The notes: a model not told the origin generated them from the letters alone. 63,732 bases of DNA, filler included, from Octopus bimaculoides (GCF_001194135.2; 7 parts of 5 records of this genome joined end to end with filler, not necessarily neighbours in it), one strand, 5' to 3'; counted from the whole stretch's first letter, positions 36,478-49,363 are shown. A program made the numbers and translations.

Positions 36478-37811
36478 CACACACACACATAAACACATAT
36501 ACATATGTCTTTGTACATTTATTTACATCCTACATCTGTGATGGTTTATGTACAGGATTGTATAAATGGCTCTATGTATATGTGTGTTTATATTTAAGTT
36601 CGGCTGTTTGTGTGTGTGCATGTATGCGCGCCTGCGTTTGTGTGTGTGTGTGCGTGTGCATTTGCGCACGCGTGTATGTATGTAAAGTCAATATGGCCAA
36701 GTCAATATGGCCAAGTCAACAAATTATTGGACTGACTGCTCAATACGTTTCATTGTGTGTTTCTTGGCAAACCATACTGCTTTATAGACTGTGTCAGTTA
36801 ATTTAAGCATCGCAACTATCGGAAGTTGGTACCGGATCAATCTGGATGGTATCCTTAAAGCAGAATCACCAGTTATGTTTGCTTCTCAATACGAGATTTG
36901 TGTATCGTTTGGTCTGAACACATACATCTCCATAAATTCATATATATATAAATATATATGTGTGTGTGTATAAATATGTGGAAGGTGCTATTAACTTAGA
37001 TAGACTGGATCAATACTAGCCGAAACTTCAGTTTATATATGTTTATAGGCAATTATTGGCACGGACTTAATATCCCCCACCATCCCTCATTATGGATCCA
37101 GATGTGTATTTCTAATGCTTAAGTAACTTAAAACGTCAGTGCTATTCTTGTCAAGTATTCTCAGCAAGTTTGAAATTTTCGGGTTCAGTTCTTAGAAGGC
37201 TAGAAATCGAAACTTGTATCATCCGTTTCTTCAGTCTTTTTTTCCGTAAGCTTCCTCTAAGCTTTTTGAGTTTCTAAATGCCTCACCTCTTCTTCACAGT
37301 ACAGGTACGTTCAAGAAAATGCAGGAATGTGACACCCTTGCAGACTCCACAAAACAACCAGCATGACTTATTCTGTCGATCGCTGACTCATCAATGCTGG
37401 AGGTATTTGAAGATGTCTGGAAGAAAAACCGATGGGAACTTTGTGAAAATCGTACATTGAAGGTGAGCAAAAATGTTTACAAACTAGACATCCATATAAA
37501 GTCGTTGTAGAAACTCTATATTGTTTGTTCGGTGTTGAACTAGTCATGTCTAGTGTAAAGGATCATTGGTTAGATGACTGGTGGTACAATTCCGAGCTTT
37601 CACGACCTGGAGACATCTTAAAATTGTATTAGTATCAAGCGAGAATCCTAGTAAGAATTTGGAAATATTTCTGCTAATACAGCAAATGAAACACGGTTCG
37701 TAATCAGTACATTTCGTTAGCTCTTTTGCTTTTAGAAGACACACAGAGCTACAGCCAGAGCCAAGCATCATTTGTCAGCGTGTGTGCTTTGGTAATTTAT
37801 TGGATGCTTAA

Positions 37812-37925
37812 AGGTAGCGAGCCTGCAGAATCGTTAGCAAACCGGGCAACATGCTTAGCGGCATTTCGTCTACCATTACATTCTGAGTTCAAATGCTGCC
37901 GAGGCCGACTTCACCATTCATTGAA
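37812..37925 (+). mobile_element. SINE family A, 5' half
   Basis: ggtagcgagcctgcagaatcgttagc..ctgagttcaaat. Confidence 0.8.
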
Positions 37926-38199
37926 TGTTCCAGGTGATTTATGTTGTCTTGAACAGACATTAATACCCTCTCAACTCCTTCATACTTCGTCTTTTAAGTG
38001 ACTTACGATATTTGAGAAAGCCACACATATCCTTCATTACATGACTATCGTAAGTGGCCAGTACGTCAATAATTGAATGTGTGGGGATGAGCGGATGTGG
38101 GTTGGTCTGTCAGTAAACCACGTTCAGTTTGTCGTTTCTTTAATGCTCTTCTGTCATTTCATTGCAGCCATGCGAGGACATCGACAAGCTACTTGCTTT

Positions 38200-38965
38200 G
38201 AGTCGGCTATTTTTTGTTAACAAACCACTCCAGCTAAGTTATGCAGACGTAAACAAAACAACACCTGTTGTAAAACATTGGTTCGGAGGAAAAATTACAA
38301 ACATACAAACATACTCACACATATATAACGAGCTTCCACATAATTTCCGTTTATCAAGTTCACTCACAAGGCATTATTCGTCCCGGGGTTGTCGTAGAAG
38401 CCACTTGCGCAAGGTTCCGCACTAGTGGAATGAACTCGAAACCATTTTGGTGGCAACACGAGCTTCGTGGTTATACGGCCGTACTTGCACTGATACTTGT
38501 TGAAGTATTCACATCGCTAACGTCATTCTTTTCTTTTCTCTTCTAGGCACAAACCCCGAAATTTTTCGGGAGCGGGAGCCAGTTGATTAGATCGACCCCA
38601 GTGCGCAACTGGTACTTAATTTATCGACTACGGAAGGATGAAAGGCTAAGTCGACCTCGGCGAAATTTGAAATCTGAACGTTAAGACAAGACGAAATGCC
38701 GCTAAGCATTTCGCCCGGCATGCTAACGTTTCTTATTTCTTTATTGCCCACAAGGGGCTAAACATAGAGGGGACAAACAAGGACAGACAAAAGGATTAAG
38801 ACGATTACATCGACCCCAGTGCGTAACTGGTACTTATTTAATCGACCCCGAAAGGATGAAAGGCAAAGTCGACCTCGGCGGAATTTGAACTCAGAACGTA
38901 TCGGTAGACGAAATACCGCTAAGTATTTCGCCTGGTGTGCTAACGTTTCTGCCAGCTCGCCGCCA
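38200..38965 (-). mobile_element. Decayed family B copy (about 38200-38480) and two family A copies (38540-38732, 38733-38965)
   Basis: Reverse-complement matches. The two A copies carry different 3' tails. Confidence 0.85.
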
Positions 38966-39109
38966 TACATCGCTAACATCATTGAGCAAGCAATAAAAAG
39001 CTTCCGTCACCAAAATACGAGATTTTAGCGAGTGCTGTAGTAGAAGACGTAATCTTGTGAGAAATAAAGTCTGTTTCGATTCACAACTGAAGTGCAGTGT
39101 CTATATTTA

Positions 39110-39780
39110 TTAACCCTTTTGACATCTGAGATCACCTTTGTGTCCGCGATACAAAATCCTTGTTTTAAACTGACCTAAATTTGAATCCTCCATCATAGTT
39201 TCATGTTAATTTGTTTTAAACACTAGCTTAATAATGGTTTAAAAAATTTGGCACCAGTTCAGCTAAATTAAGGGATAGGGCAAGTCGATTACATCGAGTA
39301 CTCAAATGGTACTTCTTTTATTGACCCAGAAACCTAAAATCGACCACATCGGCCTTGAACTCAGAATGTAAAGCCGAAAGTAATACCGCTAAGGATTTTG
39401 TCCGGTGTGCTAACCATTCTAACGGCTCACCACCGCCTTAACGTTTTACCATTCAGATTAAATATGAATGCCATATATAAAGCTTATTTATTCACATTGT
39501 ATTGAATTAATCATGCTTTATCTCCTAGCTTCAAGATTTCTATAATGTGATTGTCTATTTTAGAATGACATTGCTGGACAGGTGTGAGAGGCAGGATTTG
39601 ATCGATCTGAGCCCCAAAACGAGTAGAATATTTGAGCCAAATATAGCTTGTTGAACTACTGAAGGTTTAAACACCAGCTTAATAATGACAAAAGTACTTT
39701 AGTAAATTCTTCGTTATTTTCATATTTAAATGAAACGAAGTCAGTGTATTCCACCAGGAATATGGTAACAAAAGGGTTAC
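39110..39780. mobile_element. Nested locus: piggyBac-like MITE A containing a family A SINE (39237-39437) and piggyBac-like MITE B (39438-39670)
   Basis: Outer ends TTAACCCTTTTG and CAAAAGGGTTAC. 21-bp TSD ttaaacac(t/c)agcttaataatg at 39216-39236 and 39667-39687. TTAA on both sides of MITE B. Confidence 0.8.
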
Positions 39781-40584
39781 ACTGTTACTGCAAGCCTGTG
39801 TCTGAGGAAAACCATGAATATCACAAAATACAGTTCTCTCTCTTCTTCCTGTTTATGGTAATACGTTCTTGTAAGAGATCAATATGGAAATATTCTGAAA
39901 AGTAATGTCGACCATCATGTTTAAATAATCATCTTCTATCCAAATGGTCTACTTATTCCGGATAAATACTCTTATTATAAAGTTCATAACCGTTTCTTTG
40001 AAACTAGTATTCTTATTCGAACTTAGTACATTTACTACAAAGTTCATACTCATTTAAAAACCTACACCGAAGAAAACAACAACAACAACAAGAACAACAA
40101 CAACAGCAGCAGTAGCAGCAACGGCAACAACAACAACAACAACAACAACGACAAGAACAAGAACAACAACAACAACAGCAACGGCAATAACCACAACAAT
40201 AACAAAAATGAACTGATTTTTATAGTATTCAATTCTGCTGTCTTCTGTTGATCGATTTCTTCACAATTTCCAGTTGATAAACAGAAACCGTTTCTGGCAT
40301 TTATTCAAGTAAACAACAAGCAACCGGCGAGGCATGGAAGGAGAGCGGGAGGGAGGGAAGGAGTAGGGTGGGGGAGAGGAGGGTTAGTTTTTCGCAAAGT
40401 GTTATCACTATTTACTACCAATGTACATCTGTATTGTTCCGATTAGCTTAGTTTATGATTGGCGGCAAGTAATAATGATTTCTTACCGAGGCACAATTCC
40501 ACATATTAATGTAGAAGCAAAATGAGAGAATGAATAAAATAACCTTACATCATATTTACCGGTGTCGATCATCTTTCTTTTCAT

Positions 40585-40890
40585 ATGCATGTATGTTTGT
40601 ATGTATGTGTATAAGTCTGTCTGTCTGTATGTATGTATGTGTATAAGTCTGTCTGTATGTATGTATGTGTATAAGTCTGTATATATGTATGTGTATATTT
40701 ATGTATGTGTGTATGTCTGTTTGTATGTATGCATGTGTATATGTATGTATATGTATGTATGTGTGTATGTCTGTTTGTATGTATGCATGTATATGTATGT
40801 GTATGTTTGTGTGTATGTGCGTATATATGTATGTATGTGTATATATTTGTATGTATGCGTTTATTTATGAATGTGTGTATATGTGTGTAT
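40585..40890. repeat. Degenerate (TATG/TG) compound microsatellite, representative of dozens of (AT)n, (AC)n, (AG)n, (AAT)n, (CAT)n, (ACT)n, (GGT)n and (AGAT)n tracts
   Basis: Directly visible. Such tracts account for most low-complexity ORFs in the track and flank most gaps. Confidence 0.95.
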
Positions 40891-40894
40891 TTTT

Positions 40895-41089
40895 CATTTC
40901 TATATTTAAGAGATGAGGAATTATGTACATTATTTACATTATTTACATTTGACAGATTTTTGTCCTCACCTTTGTTGTTAACACAACGTTTCGGCTGATA
41001 TACCCTCCAGCCTTCATCAGGTGTCTTGGGGAAATTTTGAACCTAGGTTCTCATTGATAAAGTATTTTTCGATGTTGTAATTATTATTT
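40895..41089 (-). mobile_element. SINE family D, copy lacking the tRNA head (begins at the AAT linker)
   Basis: Colinear with 7660-7841. Confidence 0.85.
40980..41025 (-). ncRNA. Minimal type I hammerhead ribozyme fold, apparently intact
   Basis: GACAC-CUGAUGA-A-GGCUG GAGGGUAUAU CAGCC-GAAA-C GU-U-GUGUU. Stem I 5 bp, stem II 5 bp, palindromic loopless stem III. Predicted cut after GUU, between 40985 and 40984. Confidence 0.7.
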
Positions 41090-41493
41090 CGGAGAGAAGG
41101 AAATAAGTACCAGTCGAATACTGGGGTTGATGTAATCGACTTACCCCTTCTCTCTCGAAAATTACTGGTTTTTGTCTAAATTTGAAATCGATATTTACTC
41201 AAATTTCAAAAACGATAAACAAAAATTGTAGATGACGAACAGAACTACAGAACAAAAATACGAAACAATTCAAGAAAACTATTTCCGTGTTAATTCAAAC
41301 TACACGGGAAGGGATTTAAGTAAACAAATTAAAAAAAGAAACAATGAATTTATATGATAATCCCATACAAGAACTCTTAACACCCAATGTAGGTGAAAAG
41401 CAAAATGAAATAAAGAAAAAAGAAATAGAAAAATCTCCAGAATTGAATCATTTCCTACAGGAGGCATCACTACTAAAAATATATTCCTGTAGT

Positions 41494-42055
41494 CTAACCC
41501 TTTTGATACCAGCCTGTCCGAAACTGATCTGGTTTTATGATACAAAACTTCCAGTTTTAAAGTAATCTAAATTAAAACCAGTGATCAAAATTTTATGTTA
41601 GTTCATGTGCCAAACACCAGTTTTATAACGACACAGTTGTTTTAGTAAATTCTTCATTTTTCCAAAATAAATTGAAATAAAGTTAGTATGGCACTCCTTC
41701 GGTTATGCCAACGAGGGTTCCAGTTGATCCGTTCAACGCAACGGCTTGCTCGTAAAATTAGCGTGCATGTGGGTAAGCACTCCACATACACATGTACTCT
41801 TAACGTAGTTTTGAGGGAGATTCAGCGTGACACAGTGTGACAAAGCTGGCTCTTTGAAATACAGGTACTACTCCTTTTTGCCAGCCGAGTGTACTGGAGC
41901 AAGGTGAAATAAAGTGTCTTGCTCAAGGACACAACACATCGTCAAGAATTGAACTCACGACCTTGCGATCGTGAGCCGAATGCCCTAACCACTAAACCAC
42001 GCACCTTCTCAAAGTTAGTATATCTCAACGGAAATATGGTAACAAAAAGGATTAA
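41494..42055. mobile_element. piggyBac-like MITE A with an inserted chimeric SINE (41690-42010, minus strand)
   Basis: Ends taacccttttgatacc and ggtaacaaaaaggattaa. TSD AAAGTTAGTAT at 41679-41689 and 42011-42021. The SINE has its own tRNA head and CORE-like domain but the family C tail. Confidence 0.85.
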
Positions 42056-42384
42056 GATGGCTGTTTCAAAAGCAGATCATTCTAGGTTCGACCTCTTTGC
42101 TCTCTGCACAGGATATTGAGGTAGTGTAATTCTCATGTAAACGTGTGGATAACAATACCTTATGAATAAAGTTTAGCAAACCAGAAGTGTGTTGAAAGCT
42201 GTCGTCTATAGAGACATAAGGTCAAAATAAGAATATTCAAATTACAAGAGTATGTAAGTTGATATTTCACACTAATCATTCGTTACAGTGTATTGCTAAA
42301 AGTCCGTTGTTGTGTCGGTGAAATCATAAAGAAACTATTATTGATAATTTCTTTCTTTTTTCGCTTTTCTTTTTTCAGCTTCGT

Positions 42385-42910
42385 TACAAAAAAAGAGACA
42401 ATGTTCACAACAGATTAACGAAAAATTTCCGTTTCCGAATCATTTTCCTCAGAGATGTTTAAAGTAGTCAGTTGACTGTATACACAAACACACATTATCT
42501 CAAGTTCATACGGCTAGATGCAAATTGTATTACAGTGGCGTTTGAGGTTATATTAAAGTATTGTATCAACGAAATTGAACAAATTTGAAAACCAAAACAA
42601 AACGTTTTTAATAAAACAGAAAAAAAAGAACCCCTTTGTGGTCGAAAATTTAAAAGATTAAACGATAAAACTGCGTTTTATTAAAACCGCACTGCTTTGG
42701 CATTCAAATTTGTTAAAATTCACTGACACTATACTTCAATATAATCTCAAACAACAATTTAATACTATCTTCAGCTAGGCGGATGAATGCGAAATAGTGA
42801 GTATTTGGGTATACAGTCAAGTAACTAGTTTTAGCTTGTCTAAGGAAAATGATTCGAAAACGGAAATTTGTCTTTAATCTGTGGTTAAAAGCTATCTTTT
42901 TTTCTGATGG
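42385..42910. mobile_element. Old foldback element (imperfect inverted arms about 42385-42620 and 42670-42910)
   Basis: The arms align along their whole length by eye (acagatta..aatttccgtt.cgaatcattttcct, ttgactgtatac, aacaaatttgaa, ttttaataaaac). Confidence 0.7.
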
Positions 42911-43084
42911 AGCCAAGATGTCTGTAAGGGTGTCTTTGTGCTTCATCGCTAGAATGACAGAATGCTAACCGAACGGCGCAGTAACAGGCTGGAAGCTGTA
43001 TCTACGTACTGTTGTTATTCGAACAATTTCATTGCTGACTTCCACCAAAACAAAAGCTATTGATTTTGTATCTCATATAAATAT

Positions 43085-43295
43085 GTCTGTATGTATCCGT
43101 TGTCTATGTATTCCTGTTTGTCTCCCACTGCTGCTGGACAACCGGCGTTATTATGTTTACGTTCCCATAACTTAGCGGAAAGAATATTTACCAGGCTGAA
43201 AAAGAAAAATAAGTTCTGTGGTCGATTCACTCGACTAAAAATCCTTCAAGAGGGTGCCCCAGCATGGCCGCAGTCTAATGACTGAAACAAATAAA

Positions 43296-43300
<5 letters not shown>
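43085..43300 (+). mobile_element. SINE family B, 3' half
   Basis: ..cttagcgg..gtcgattcactcgactaaaa..ccagcatggccgcagtctaatgactgaaac. Confidence 0.8.
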
Positions 43301-43326
<26 letters not shown>

Positions 43327-43760
43327 NNNNNNNNNNNNNNNNNNNNNNNNNNNNNNNNNNNNNNNNNNNNNNNNNNNNNNNNNNNNNNNNNNNNNNNNNN
43401 NNNNNNNNNNNNNNNNNNNNNNNNNNNNNNNNNNNNNNNNNNNNNNNNNNNNNNNNNNNNNNNNNNNNNNNNNNNNNNNNNNNNNNNNNNNNNNNNNNNN
43501 NNNNNNNNNNNNNNNNNNNNNNNNNNNNNNNNNNNNNNNNNNNNNNNNNNNNNNNNNNNNNNNNNNNNNNNNNNNNNNNNNNNNNNNNNNNNNNNNNNNN
43601 NNNNNNNNNNNNNNNNNNNNNNNNNNNNNNNNNNNNNNNNNNNNNNNGTAGTTCGTATTCTACAGTCATGTGACATACTGTGTATGAACGATTCGTCCCT
43701 AATATTCTTAGTTGGTGAAATGAGACTGGACAAGAGAAAAATGATTCACTGAACACTGAT

Positions 43761-44042
43761 GGTCGAAAATTTAAAAGATTAAACGGTAAAACTGCGTTTT
43801 ATTAAAACCGCACTGCTTTGGCATTCAAATTTGTTAAAATTCACTGACACTATACTTCAATATAATCTCAAACAACAATTTAATACTATCTTCAGCTAGC
43901 CGGATGAATGCGAAATAGTGAGTATTTGGGTATACAGTCAAGTAACTAGTTTTAGCTTGTCTAAGGAAAGTGATTCGAAAACGGAAATGTGTCTTTAATC
44001 TGTGGTTAAAAGCTATCTTTTTTTATGATGGAGCCAAGATGT
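43761..44042 (+). repeat. 282-bp near-identical direct duplicate of 42640-42921
   Basis: About 5 substitutions plus a poly-T length difference. Confidence 0.95.
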
Positions 44043-44142
44043 AGTAGAGAGAAATATATGTAAGTTAACTGCTGGATAACATGTTTGTGTCTTCACGATG
44101 ATAGATCTACACGAAAAATCCGCGTTGGAAGAATTATACATA

Positions 44143-45290
44143 TACAGGGTACGACAAGTATTTGAAAACATACTTGGTAATTTAATAAAACAACTCGTAT
44201 CTAGCAATAAATAAAACTACTATCTAGCACAAATTATAATAAATATTTGTGCGGATGTTCTCGATAAGCTTATTTATTAGATCATTCTATGAATCCGACT
44301 TCATCCTCCACGACTACTTCAATCCTGGATCGGAATCGTTGACATATCCCTACTGAACGTTCCTCGTTTATTTCGGATTTCATCTGGACTTTGAAGAACA
44401 TTCAATGCAGCTATAGTATTATAATGATGTCAATTAGTCTCTCTTTTAACAAAGCTCCCAAACTTGGGATTTAAATCTGCCGAATTCAGACGCCAAACGT
44501 ATGGTGTTACATGATTAGTAAAGTTTTTTCTCATAAGCATTGTTTGGTTACGTGGCTTTGCTTGATGGTACCGAGTCCTGTTTAAAAATGTACGACCTTC
44601 CGCTGTGTACTTCATTCATACAGGGTTTAACGACTGCCTTCAGCACTTGAACGTATACAGAAGCATTAATTCTCAGATCCTCTAAAAAGATGTAATTTGG
44701 CATCACGTTACTCACCACTTCCCAAACATTATAGTTGCAAACAAATTTGTGGACATCACTCTAGGGACATCAGTATGATCTGCATACAGCCATCTCCCAC
44801 TTCTGCTAGACGTTTGGTCTTCAAAGATTTTGTCATAAGAAAGAAAGCATGCCATATTTCTAAGGGTTTTTAACCTTATGTGACCGATTGGCAAGGGTGA
44901 TACGTATTTTCCAGTCTTTACAAGCATGAATGGCCTCTCCCCAACACATACGAGTTGCATCGAATGTCCTCGAGCACCAGAGTTCTGATAGTGTACGCCG
45001 ACACCTGAAAATCGTTGGCGCTGACACTCATAAATTTTTCAGCATCACCATCGATAATATTTTGAACACGTTCAATGAACTGCGCTGTCCTTCTAGTGTC
45101 AAAACATTTACGATGTTTTCGCTAATAATATTTTTTTCTCTTTGATACAGTTGAAACATTTCCGCTAGCATCATCCGCTTCTATCTGAACTTTGTGTGCA
45201 AACGGTCTTGTAACATTTTGAAACTGGGCAATTTTTATATCGAAATATTTCGCACATGTGGCAACAACAACTGCATGAGGCTTTCATTTG
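44143..45290 (-). mobile_element. Decayed Tc1/mariner transposon, DD37D (maT)-like
   Basis: Terminal TACAGGGT. Remnants FLSYDKIF, GRWLYADHTDVPRVMST, VVKP, HVTPYVWRLNSADLNP..KRETN. Confidence 0.8.
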
Positions 45291-45339
45291 TTGAATTCAC
45301 ACATTTTATCTACCACGAAGGATATGGAAAATATAATAA

Positions 45340-45750
45340 TAATGGTATTTTTATATAAGTTTAAAACTTATGGCGATCATCGTGCAATGACTAACGAAAA
45401 TAGTCTAAGAAATGGGCATATAACCCTCGACAGAAACAAAAAAAAAAACGAAGGCTTTCCTATCCGCGTGGGAGTCGAAACCACATCTCTTTGTTAACGG
45501 AACTAAGTGAGTTACCTTTACAACAGCGAATCAGCTACCCTTACCCTGTCAAATTTAAGAACTATAATAGTTGATTCGCTGGTGTAAAGGTAACATAGTC
45601 GCGTTAGCAAAGGGAAGTGGGTTCGACTCTCACGCAGATAGGAAAGCCTTCTTTTTCTGTCGAGGGCTATATGCCCCTTTATTAGACTATTTTCCTTAGT
45701 CATTGTACGGTGATCGCCATAGGGTCTGAGCTTATATAAAAATACCATTA
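45340..45750. repeat. Inverted pair of tRNA-headed repeats, head-to-head with a 30-nt spacer
   Basis: Arms 45340-45537 and 45568-45750. The right arm has A-box-like TGGTGTAAAGG and T-arm GTGGG TTCGACT CTCAC. Confidence 0.75.
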
Positions 45751-46566
45751 ATATCATTTACAAGATTGTAAAAATGGCGCCGTATAAAAAAAATAGCCAT
45801 TCGCACGGAAAATATAATAGTCTTAGTTGGTCTGAAGTGAGTAAAATACAGAAAATTAAGTGTCCCCATATGTATTACTAATACATATTAGGATATACTA
45901 CAATATGTTACTTAAGGAATTGATATAGTCTGGAGGTTAGGTAATACCTAAGATGTTTGACGAAGTGAGATGCCCCACACCACCACCACCAGTATTGCTT
46001 AAACCAGAGACCTCCTTACAAGAAAAGCATCTGGAGTTCTCTGTACAGTATGAAGGTTACAATCTAAAAGATTTGATCTATATATATATATATATATATA
46101 TATATGTAACAAATGTGCAATACAAACTGACATGGAGAGATATGTCTATCTGTCTGCACGCACACATATACAAACATTCACAGGAAAGCATTAAAACAGT
46201 CTTACTCACGCAACAATGTTGAACGATTAACAACACACTCATACGTACGCAGTGAGGTTATTTATGTTATCGAAACTACATGTGTATGAAAGGAAAATAA
46301 AATCATGAATACATTGATATATGTCAAAATATGTAAAACATTCATGAAATAAGATCAACATATACAATAACATCCAGGCCTGCACCCCTGTGTATATTTG
46401 CACATGACTATGGACAGGCCTACATACACACATATACACACGCACCCATACATAGGAGCATATGCACGCATATAGACACACATTCCTTTTCCCTAAAGAC
46501 AAGAGAAGTAAGCGCACACACGCATACATACAACATGCACACACACACACACACAATAACACACCT

Positions 46567-46692
<126 letters not shown>

Positions 46693-48254
46693 CGAGAGAT
46701 ATGCATACGTATACTTTTTCAATGCATCACCCCTTTTATTCAATGGTAGGAGAGAGAAAAATTCCGTTTACTTAATAATAGCATCCACTACAAAATTTTA
46801 GTATACTGTCCTGCAATATGCTACAAAAAGCACACGTTTCTTTGAACTTATAACCCTACCGTGTGGGAAAATGGGAAACATAGAAACGCTTAGGCCTCGC
46901 TGCATTGGTGGTGGTAACCTCTCTGTATATGTATGTTCGAAGAAGATGCCACGAATCTGAGCCTATTAAGCAATTACAAAACATTTTTGTGGTCAGTCGA
47001 CCGACCTGCTAGAAAAAGTAGCCAACCTTAAACAAATCCAACATTTCAACAGTAACATGTTATAGCATGTTGATGCAGATATACAAAAGGACGGATGACT
47101 ATGACTGTAAAAATTTTATTTTAGGTCTTCATATTTAGGTCTTGTTTTGACCCAAGCAGCTATAAACGTTTCGAGCCAACAAAATACATCAGTGATTTTC
47201 AATCTTTCCTGTCTTTCACGCCTTCGCTTATTTATCTTCTTTCATCCAAGTAAAAGCATTCGTATAATAATCACCATATATGAAAAACAAAATCGTTGCG
47301 AAAACGTTATCTTAAGAGTACCATGTTAGTACTATTGTTTTCTATGCATGTATGAGTGTGTGTATCAGTGTGTGCATTTATGTGAGCGTGTGTGAGCGTG
47401 CGTATGAGTGTATGCGTGTATATATGCATGTGTATATATAAATATATATATATATTTGTGTGTGTGTGCATGTGAGTGTGATGACTGTGTGCTAAGATTT
47501 TTAAATGAGAATAAAATATAGATAAAGATAAGCCATCTTTAATAAACATTCATCAGATGTGACGTTATCTGAAGACACGGATTTGGGGAAATAAAATAAT
47601 TGCTCACAATATGAAACACAACAATGTATTTCTGTGTTAAGTAAATGCAGCAATTTATATCCGTCGTAGCTTTTTTTTTAACGAACTATTACTGTTAAAA
47701 GCTCAACTTTTAATCGAGATCTATCTTGTTTTATCTTAGGTAGGTTAGTTTTGGATTAAAGAAGTGTCGTTCGCAGCTGTACAGTACAAGTTACTACGAA
47801 AATGTTGGTTTTAATAATTCAAAACTCATTCTCCACCACGTTCTATTATTATTACTTTGTAAATCCAGTTCAGGGCCCCGAATCACTTTCGAAAGTCGAT
47901 TTCATTTACTACCGTATGTATTTCCTACGTATTCTATCCATCGCAGTTTGACGTGATTTGATTTAGGATTGGGGAAATGACGGAGCAGAACGGCGTACTT
48001 CGATTTCGCTATTATGAATCTCCCTTCGTCTTAATAAAAATAATAATCATTTCTGCTTTACGTATAAAGGCAACAATTTCAAGGCAAGGCATCAGTCCAT
48101 ACCATGGAACCAGGTAACTTGAGGGGTACTTTATTGTAACGACTATAAATAAACTACACTGATGTTTCTTCTCTATTTTGGAGGTTCTAGTAAGAAGGAT
48201 GACTCCACAGTTACTCATATGACAAAACAATAATTTAGATGGACGTAAAGAAAC

Positions 48255-48480
48255 CAACACCGCTTGTCAAGTGGTGGTAAGGGACTAACAGAGACACAGC
48301 TATACTCACACATAACTATACTCACTGACCCACACGCACACACAAATATATGTACGCCAAGGTGCTTTCAGTTTCCGTCTACCACATCGACTCTCAAGGC
48401 TTTTGGTCAGCACATGGTGCCAAGCAGCAGGACTGAACCTGGAACCACACAGTTTACCACACAACTGCACCTGCGCCTAT
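48255..48480 (-). mobile_element. Decayed SINE family B
   Basis: cgcttgtcaag.., ctttcagtttccgtctacca, ctgaacctggaaccac. Confidence 0.7.
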
Positions 48481-48547
48481 ATTAAGTCTCTGCAGGCAGG
48501 ATACATATATACGTACATTCATATATATATATTATATATAATTACAA

Positions 48548-48595
<48 letters not shown>

Positions 48596-48634
48596 ATTAT
48601 TATTATTATTATTGTACGTACATACAGACACGAT

Positions 48635-48666
<32 letters not shown>

Positions 48667-49287
48667 TACATATAGATAGATGTGGATATGTGTGTGTGTG
48701 TTTGCGGATTTACACATATGTTGCGTTTTGTCAGCTCATCCATCACTTCCATCGTGGCATTTCAACTGCCCGTGAAAACTAGAACACGTGATTCTACGCC
48801 CTGAATGAATTTTGCGGTGTTTTGCGGTCTAGGTTTCGTATTGTTATGGTTCAACAAGCGCTAACATTTCAATGTAGCTTCTATAGCTCCATATTATCAT
48901 ATTTTTTTCGAGATGGAATACTGGATTAAATTCTTCTTAAATGTGTTGATGTTGTTGTCGTTTTTGTTGATGTCTGACCCCAGTTCATGCTTGACTGAGT
49001 CGAGCCGATTTTTGATGGAAAATCTGCCAGACATGATATTTCCGGAAGTGTTCAGTGTACAATTCCTTTTTTTTAAAGATGCCTGGTTTTAGAAATGAAG
49101 GAATTTCCATTAGGTAGAGCGGTCGCTTATGGCGCAAACCCGTTGACGCGAGATCTCCACCATATTTAATCCCAAGGGAGATAACACTTCAAATTTTGTA
49201 GGCAGCTAAATACGATAAAGTATTTTGTCCTTTATTCCAAACCGATTCTGTCATCTACCGTCCTTCTCTTATCCCTCTCACTCCTCT

Positions 49288-49363
<76 letters not shown>

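Noticed and set aside
37395-37462. MLEVFEDVWKKNRWELCENRTLK followed by gtgagc on the plus strand
   Set aside because: Short, no homology recognised, and no supporting neighbouring exons.
43679-43725. 47-nt minus-strand exon candidate with strong splice-like sites
   Set aside because: Shares a 17-mer with 45815-45835, which suggests repeat origin, and the peptide is uninformative.
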